Below, piece by piece: positions 38,180 through 41,842 of a DNA stretch of 41,842 nt (positions within the stretch are counted from its first letter, which is position 1; each line of letters begins with the position of its first letter). The position numbers were made by a program, and so were the translations under genes. The stretch comes from Bacillales bacterium UBA6769 (GTDB taxonomy: Bacteria > Bacillota > Bacilli > Bacillales > UBA6769): contig DKGN01000145.1 in assembly GCA_002453275.1 (NCBI GenBank), positions 1 to 41,842 on the forward strand. Direction: 5' to 3'. The notes under the pieces are model-generated. The model searched no databases. It had not been told where the DNA came from and worked only from the letters and a program-made list of their open reading frames with translations.

Positions 38180-39535
38180 CTAGTCTTCTTTTATTCCCAT
38201 TTCATCTTGGACGACGGCTGAAATCTCTTGAACATATTCATAACATTGTTCTTCTGTTGGGGCTTCCACCATGATTCTCACAAGCGGCTCTGTCCCAGAT
38301 GGACGGACGAGGACACGTCCATTCTTTCCTAGTTCTTGCTTTGTTTTATCAACGATTGCTTTAATTTTATCATTTTCTAGTACGTGATTTTTATCAGATA
38401 CTCTTACATTCACGAGACTTTGAGGATATGTTTCCATTTCACTTGCGAGCTCAGATAAACTTTTGCCCGTCAGCTTCATAATGTTGACTAACTGTAAAGC
38501 TGATAGAATTCCATCTCCTGTCGTCGTATAATCTAAGAAAATAATATGTCCGGACTGTTCTCCACCCAAATTAAAGTCGCCTTCAAGCATAACTTCCATA
38601 ACATAACGATCACCAACTGCTGACTGACGAGACTGAATTTCATTCTTTTCTAACGCTTTGTAAAATCCAAGGTTACTCATCACTGTCGAGACGACCGTAT
38701 CATTTTTCAGTAAGCCATTTTCTTTGAAATATTTTGCACAGATAAACATAATTTTATCGCCGTCAACAATATTTCCTAACTCATCAACAGCAATGAGGCG
38801 GTCCCCATCGCCGTCGAAAGCTAATCCAAGATCAGCCTTCTCTTCTTTCACAACAGATGCAAGTACTTCAGGATGAGTTGACCCGACACCCTCATTAATA
38901 TTTAAACCGTCAGGGTTCGTTCCTATTGTAGCAATTTCCGCATCTAAATCAGCGAACAAATAAGGTGCGAGCGATGAGGTAGCGCCGTGTGCACAATCAA
39001 GGGCAATTGTAAGACCAGTGAAGTCTTCATCAATCGTTTGCTTTAAAAATTGTAAATACTTTTGAGTACCTTCGAAATAATCGCTGACGACACCCAAATC
39101 TTCACCAACCGGTCGAGGCAAATCGTCACCGTCACGATTAAGCAGTGCTTCGATTTCATCCTCTTCTTCATCTAACAATTTAAAGCCATCTGACCCGAAA
39201 AATTTGATACCGTTATCTGCGACTGGATTGTGTGAGGCAGAGATCATGACACCCGCTTGTGCATTGAGTGCTTTTGTTAAATAGGCAACCCCAGGTGTTG
39301 AAATCACCCCAAGCCGCATCACTTCAGCTCCAATCGATAACAACCCAGCAATCAGAGCTCCCTCGAGCATATGGCCGGATATTCTTGTGTCACGTCCGAT
39401 GAGTACTTTCGGTTTTCCTTCGCTATTTTTTGTTAGTACATAACCACCAAATCTACCTATCCTAAATGCTAGTTCTGGGGTGAGTTCACGATTCGCAACT
39501 CCTCGGACACCATCAGTGCCAAAATATTTCCCCAT
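38180..39535 (-). CDS. glmM: Phosphoglucosamine mutase
   Basis: [41 protein letters not shown]. Confidence 0.98.
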   Translation of the reverse strand: MGKYFGTDGVRGVANRELTPELAFRIGRFGGYVLTKNSEGKPKVLIGRDTRISGHMLEGALIAGLLSIGAEVMRLGVISTPGVAYLTKALNAQAGVMISASHNPVADNGIKFFGSDGFKLLDEEEDEIEALLNRDGDDLPRPVGEDLGVVSDYFEGTQKYLQFLKQTIDEDFTGLTIALDCAHGATSSLAPYLFADLDAEIATIGTNPDGLNINEGVGSTHPEVLASVVKEEKADLGLAFDGDGDRLIAVDELGNIVDGDKIMFICAKYFKENGLLKNDTVVSTVMSNLGFYKALEKNEIQSRQSAVGDRYVMEVMLEGDFNLGGEQSGHIIFLDYTTTGDGILSALQLVNIMKLTGKSLSELASEMETYPQSLVNVRVSDKNHVLENDKIKAIVDKTKQELGKNGRVLVRPSGTEPLVRIMVEAPTEEQCYEYVQEISAVVQDEMGIKED

Positions 39536-39600
39536 TTCACTCACTCCTCTTCTTCCTGTAACTGTACAATTCAACTTCAAGATATTCCTGTTTTTTCACG

Positions 39601-40821
39601 TCATTTAATTTCAAATTTCGCTTTTCGTTCATCCCAGGACACATTTTGTGGTCCACTAAATTTAACGGGGACAGTATGCTGACCTTTATCTAATCCTTCG
39701 GCATCAACATATGCTTTAATATCTTTAGCCGTTATGCGATCTAAAATTGATTTTGCCCCACTCATCGTTACATCAAGCTTGCCATCCTGTGGCTCGATAA
39801 AAGAAAACTTAAATCCTTCGCGGAGTCCACTAATTTGAAGAGAAACATTTTTTATTGTTTTCGTTTCTTTCTTCCCAAGCTTGATAGTTAGCTCTACTTG
39901 TTGTGGCTCAACTTTAGTTACTCCTTTTGGAAGGACAACATCAGCAGTCAATGTTGTTGAATTTTCATTTGATAATTTTGCTAAATCAACGACCACTTCA
40001 ACAAATTCAATCTTCTCTATCTCTTTATTTGTACCATAGATGACAACAGTCTCCGGGTTCGCAACAATTGACTCTATGCTAACGTCCTGAGACAACTTAT
40101 TTTCTTGAATAATTTTTAAAGGTACAAAACTATGTGGACCGACAATCGGGACTTCAACATCGACGACATTAGGATTCATAGAAACTCCAGTAATTTCTTT
40201 ATTGTTACTGTCATACGCTTTTATCGGAATGCTTTTTGTAAATGTTTCTTTCTCTTCATCTATATCGATCGTTCCCTTTACTTTAGAAATCCGGCTTAAT
40301 TGCGTTTCACTACCATATACGGTTACCGTGGTCGGTGTTACAATAGCCTGTCCAGCACTGTAACCTTCAGGAAGTTTATCTTCATTTACATATTCAACGG
40401 TAATCGGAAAGTCCTTACTTACCCTTTCTTCAATTGTTACAGTTGTTGAGGCCGGATGAATAGAAACTTTGATCCCATCTGAAAGACCACGATGCTTTAA
40501 TTGCACGGTGTGTGTCCCAACATCAAAGTCATTTAAATCAACATACACTTCTAAGTTTTTTTCCATTCTCGCCATAAATAACTGTGAAGGTGTACCCGTT
40601 AACGTGACATCTACAGTTTCGGGGATACCTGAAACAACATATTTCGCGTCGTCATAATAAGCGTGAACTTCAACATTTTCAATTCGTTCAGTGCCATCAC
40701 TTCGCGCATCAGTATTTGCATTTTGCATATTCTTTGGAACAGCAACGATAGAATAAAGCATGAGCGCGAATATAAAGGAAATTAAAATGACAAACCAGTT
40801 GCTCTTCAACAGTTTATCCAT
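39601..40821 (-). CDS. cdaR: YbbR-repeat regulator of diadenylate cyclase
   Basis: N-terminal TM, repeated P..V.V.G beta-rich units; located between cdaA and glmM. Confidence 0.92.
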   Translation of the reverse strand: MDKLLKSNWFVILISFIFALMLYSIVAVPKNMQNANTDARSDGTERIENVEVHAYYDDAKYVVSGIPETVDVTLTGTPSQLFMARMEKNLEVYVDLNDFDVGTHTVQLKHRGLSDGIKVSIHPASTTVTIEERVSKDFPITVEYVNEDKLPEGYSAGQAIVTPTTVTVYGSETQLSRISKVKGTIDIDEEKETFTKSIPIKAYDSNNKEITGVSMNPNVVDVEVPIVGPHSFVPLKIIQENKLSQDVSIESIVANPETVVIYGTNKEIEKIEFVEVVVDLAKLSNENSTTLTADVVLPKGVTKVEPQQVELTIKLGKKETKTIKNVSLQISGLREGFKFSFIEPQDGKLDVTMSGAKSILDRITAKDIKAYVDAEGLDKGQHTVPVKFSGPQNVSWDERKAKFEIK

Positions 40822-41644
40822 TGTCCTTCCCCCTCCATTGCCAACGCGAAGCCGTTGCATTGCTCTGGCGTAGAAGTTCAGCTGTTAACAATTCCTTCAA
40901 TTTATCTTCATCTAAATCTCGGTGTATTTCGCCGTTTTTCGCAAGTGAGATTTGCCCTGTCTCTTCAGACACGACAAGTGTAAGACTATCTGTAACCTCA
41001 CTGACCCCTATCGCTGCCCGGTGCCTTGTCCCTAACTCTTTCGGAATAAATCGACTTTCTGACAATGGTAAATAGCACGCAGCAGCCAATATATTATTTT
41101 TATTTACAATAACCGCGCCATCATGCAATGGTGAGTTTGGAATGAAAATATTAATTAAAAGCTCAGATGTTATCTTAGCTTGGATCGGTACACCTGTTTC
41201 AACATATTCATTCATTCCTGTTTCCCGTTCAATCGAAACGAGAGCACCAATTCGACGCTTGCCCATATACGTCGACGCTTTTACTAAAGCCTCAACTAGT
41301 TCATTATATTCATCCTCTTCAATCGAGGCATACCGAGTAAAAAAGCGCCCACGCCCTAATTGTTCGAGAGCTCGTCTAAGTTCAGGCTGAAAAATGATGA
41401 TAATCGCAAGAAAACCAAAATTAATCACCTGTTCAACAAGCCATTTTAACGTTTGTAATTGAAAGGCACTACTTAAGAACCAAACGGCAATGACAACAGA
41501 AATTCCTTTTAAAAGTTGGATCGCTTTCGTACCGCGAATAAGCATCGTCAACTTATAAAAAACATAAGTAACGAGCAATATATCAACGACATCACCGATA
41601 TTCGTTATATAATTAAATATATTAAAATCACTTAGAGGCCACAT
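40814..41644 (-). CDS. cdaA: Diadenylate cyclase CdaA
   Basis: 3 TM, FQPELRRALEQLG, PLHDGA, LGTRHRAA. Confidence 0.97.
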   Translation of the reverse strand: MWPLSDFNIFNYITNIGDVVDILLVTYVFYKLTMLIRGTKAIQLLKGISVVIAVWFLSSAFQLQTLKWLVEQVINFGFLAIIIIFQPELRRALEQLGRGRFFTRYASIEEDEYNELVEALVKASTYMGKRRIGALVSIERETGMNEYVETGVPIQAKITSELLINIFIPNSPLHDGAVIVNKNNILAAACYLPLSESRFIPKELGTRHRAAIGVSEVTDSLTLVVSEETGQISLAKNGEIHRDLDEDKLKELLTAELLRQSNATASRWQWRGKDNG

Positions 41645-41683
41645 TATTCATCCTCCACCATTGTTCTTTACGTTAACCACTCC

Positions 41684-41692
41684 ATTATATCA
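41684..41692 (-). promoter_or_regulatory. Extended -10 promoter of cdaA
   Basis: Minus strand TG-A-TATAAT about 40 nt upstream of the start. Confidence 0.55.
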
Positions 41693-41741
41693 CAATGCAC
41701 ATCAGACAAATAAGTATGCCTAATTTTTCCAGTGAGGCATG

Positions 41742-41842
41742 TTACAATAACTTTTCACCGAACATCGAACCCATTAATGCAACTGCCGTTGTCGCTGTTT
41801 TATTTCTTTCATCTAAAATCGGATTTACTTCAACAAATTCAG
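41742..41842 (-). CDS. rocF: Arginase, C-terminal fragment (runs off the window)
   Basis: My translation: EFVEVNPILDERNKTATTAVALMGSMFGEKLL*. Confidence 0.88.
   Translation of the reverse strand, partial: EFVEVNPILDERNKTATTAVALMGSMFGEKLL

Noticed and set aside
797..41390. Remaining 60-113 aa ORFs nested in or antisense to the called genes
   Set aside because: Fully overlap well-supported genes, lack RBS and motifs; treated as six-frame noise

Overview
Low-GC Bacillaceae (endospore-former) chromosomal segment. The right end carries core genes on the minus strand: the arginase rocF 3' end, then cdaA-cdaR-glmM. The glmS ribozyme and glmS gene that usually follow glmM are absent. In their place are about 38 kb of accessory genes: a UPF0182 membrane protein and a KdpD-like USP gene divergent from a complete mrpABCDEFG cation/H+ antiporter operon; an XRE-regulated membrane/MDR/methyltransferase cluster; a polysaccharide deacetylase; an MMPL transporter; pstSCAB-phoU with a Pho box, convergent with phoPR; a divergent thiol-redox locus (Lgt-like protein, TlpA, response regulator, histidine kinase / TlpA, CcdA, class D sortase); and spore or stress genes (a 56% Gln protein, tlp, MscS, uppP, ThiD/PdxK-like kinase, CYP152, MBL hydrolase, small Zn-finger proteins). 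Notable non-obvious signals: (i) a ~160-bp highly structured element flanked by 11-bp direct repeats between two mirror-image OmpR-type promoters; (ii) one 20-bp palindrome present twice 29 kb apart, possibly RefZ-binding motifs; (iii) SigG-like promoters upstream of the poly-Gln gene and the deacetylase; (iv) a 47-aa four-Cys ORF missing from the ORF track; (v) a triple 21-bp-period operator. No rRNA, tRNA, CRISPR, transposase or phage genes were seen. All family calls come from motif recognition by eye; no database searches were run.
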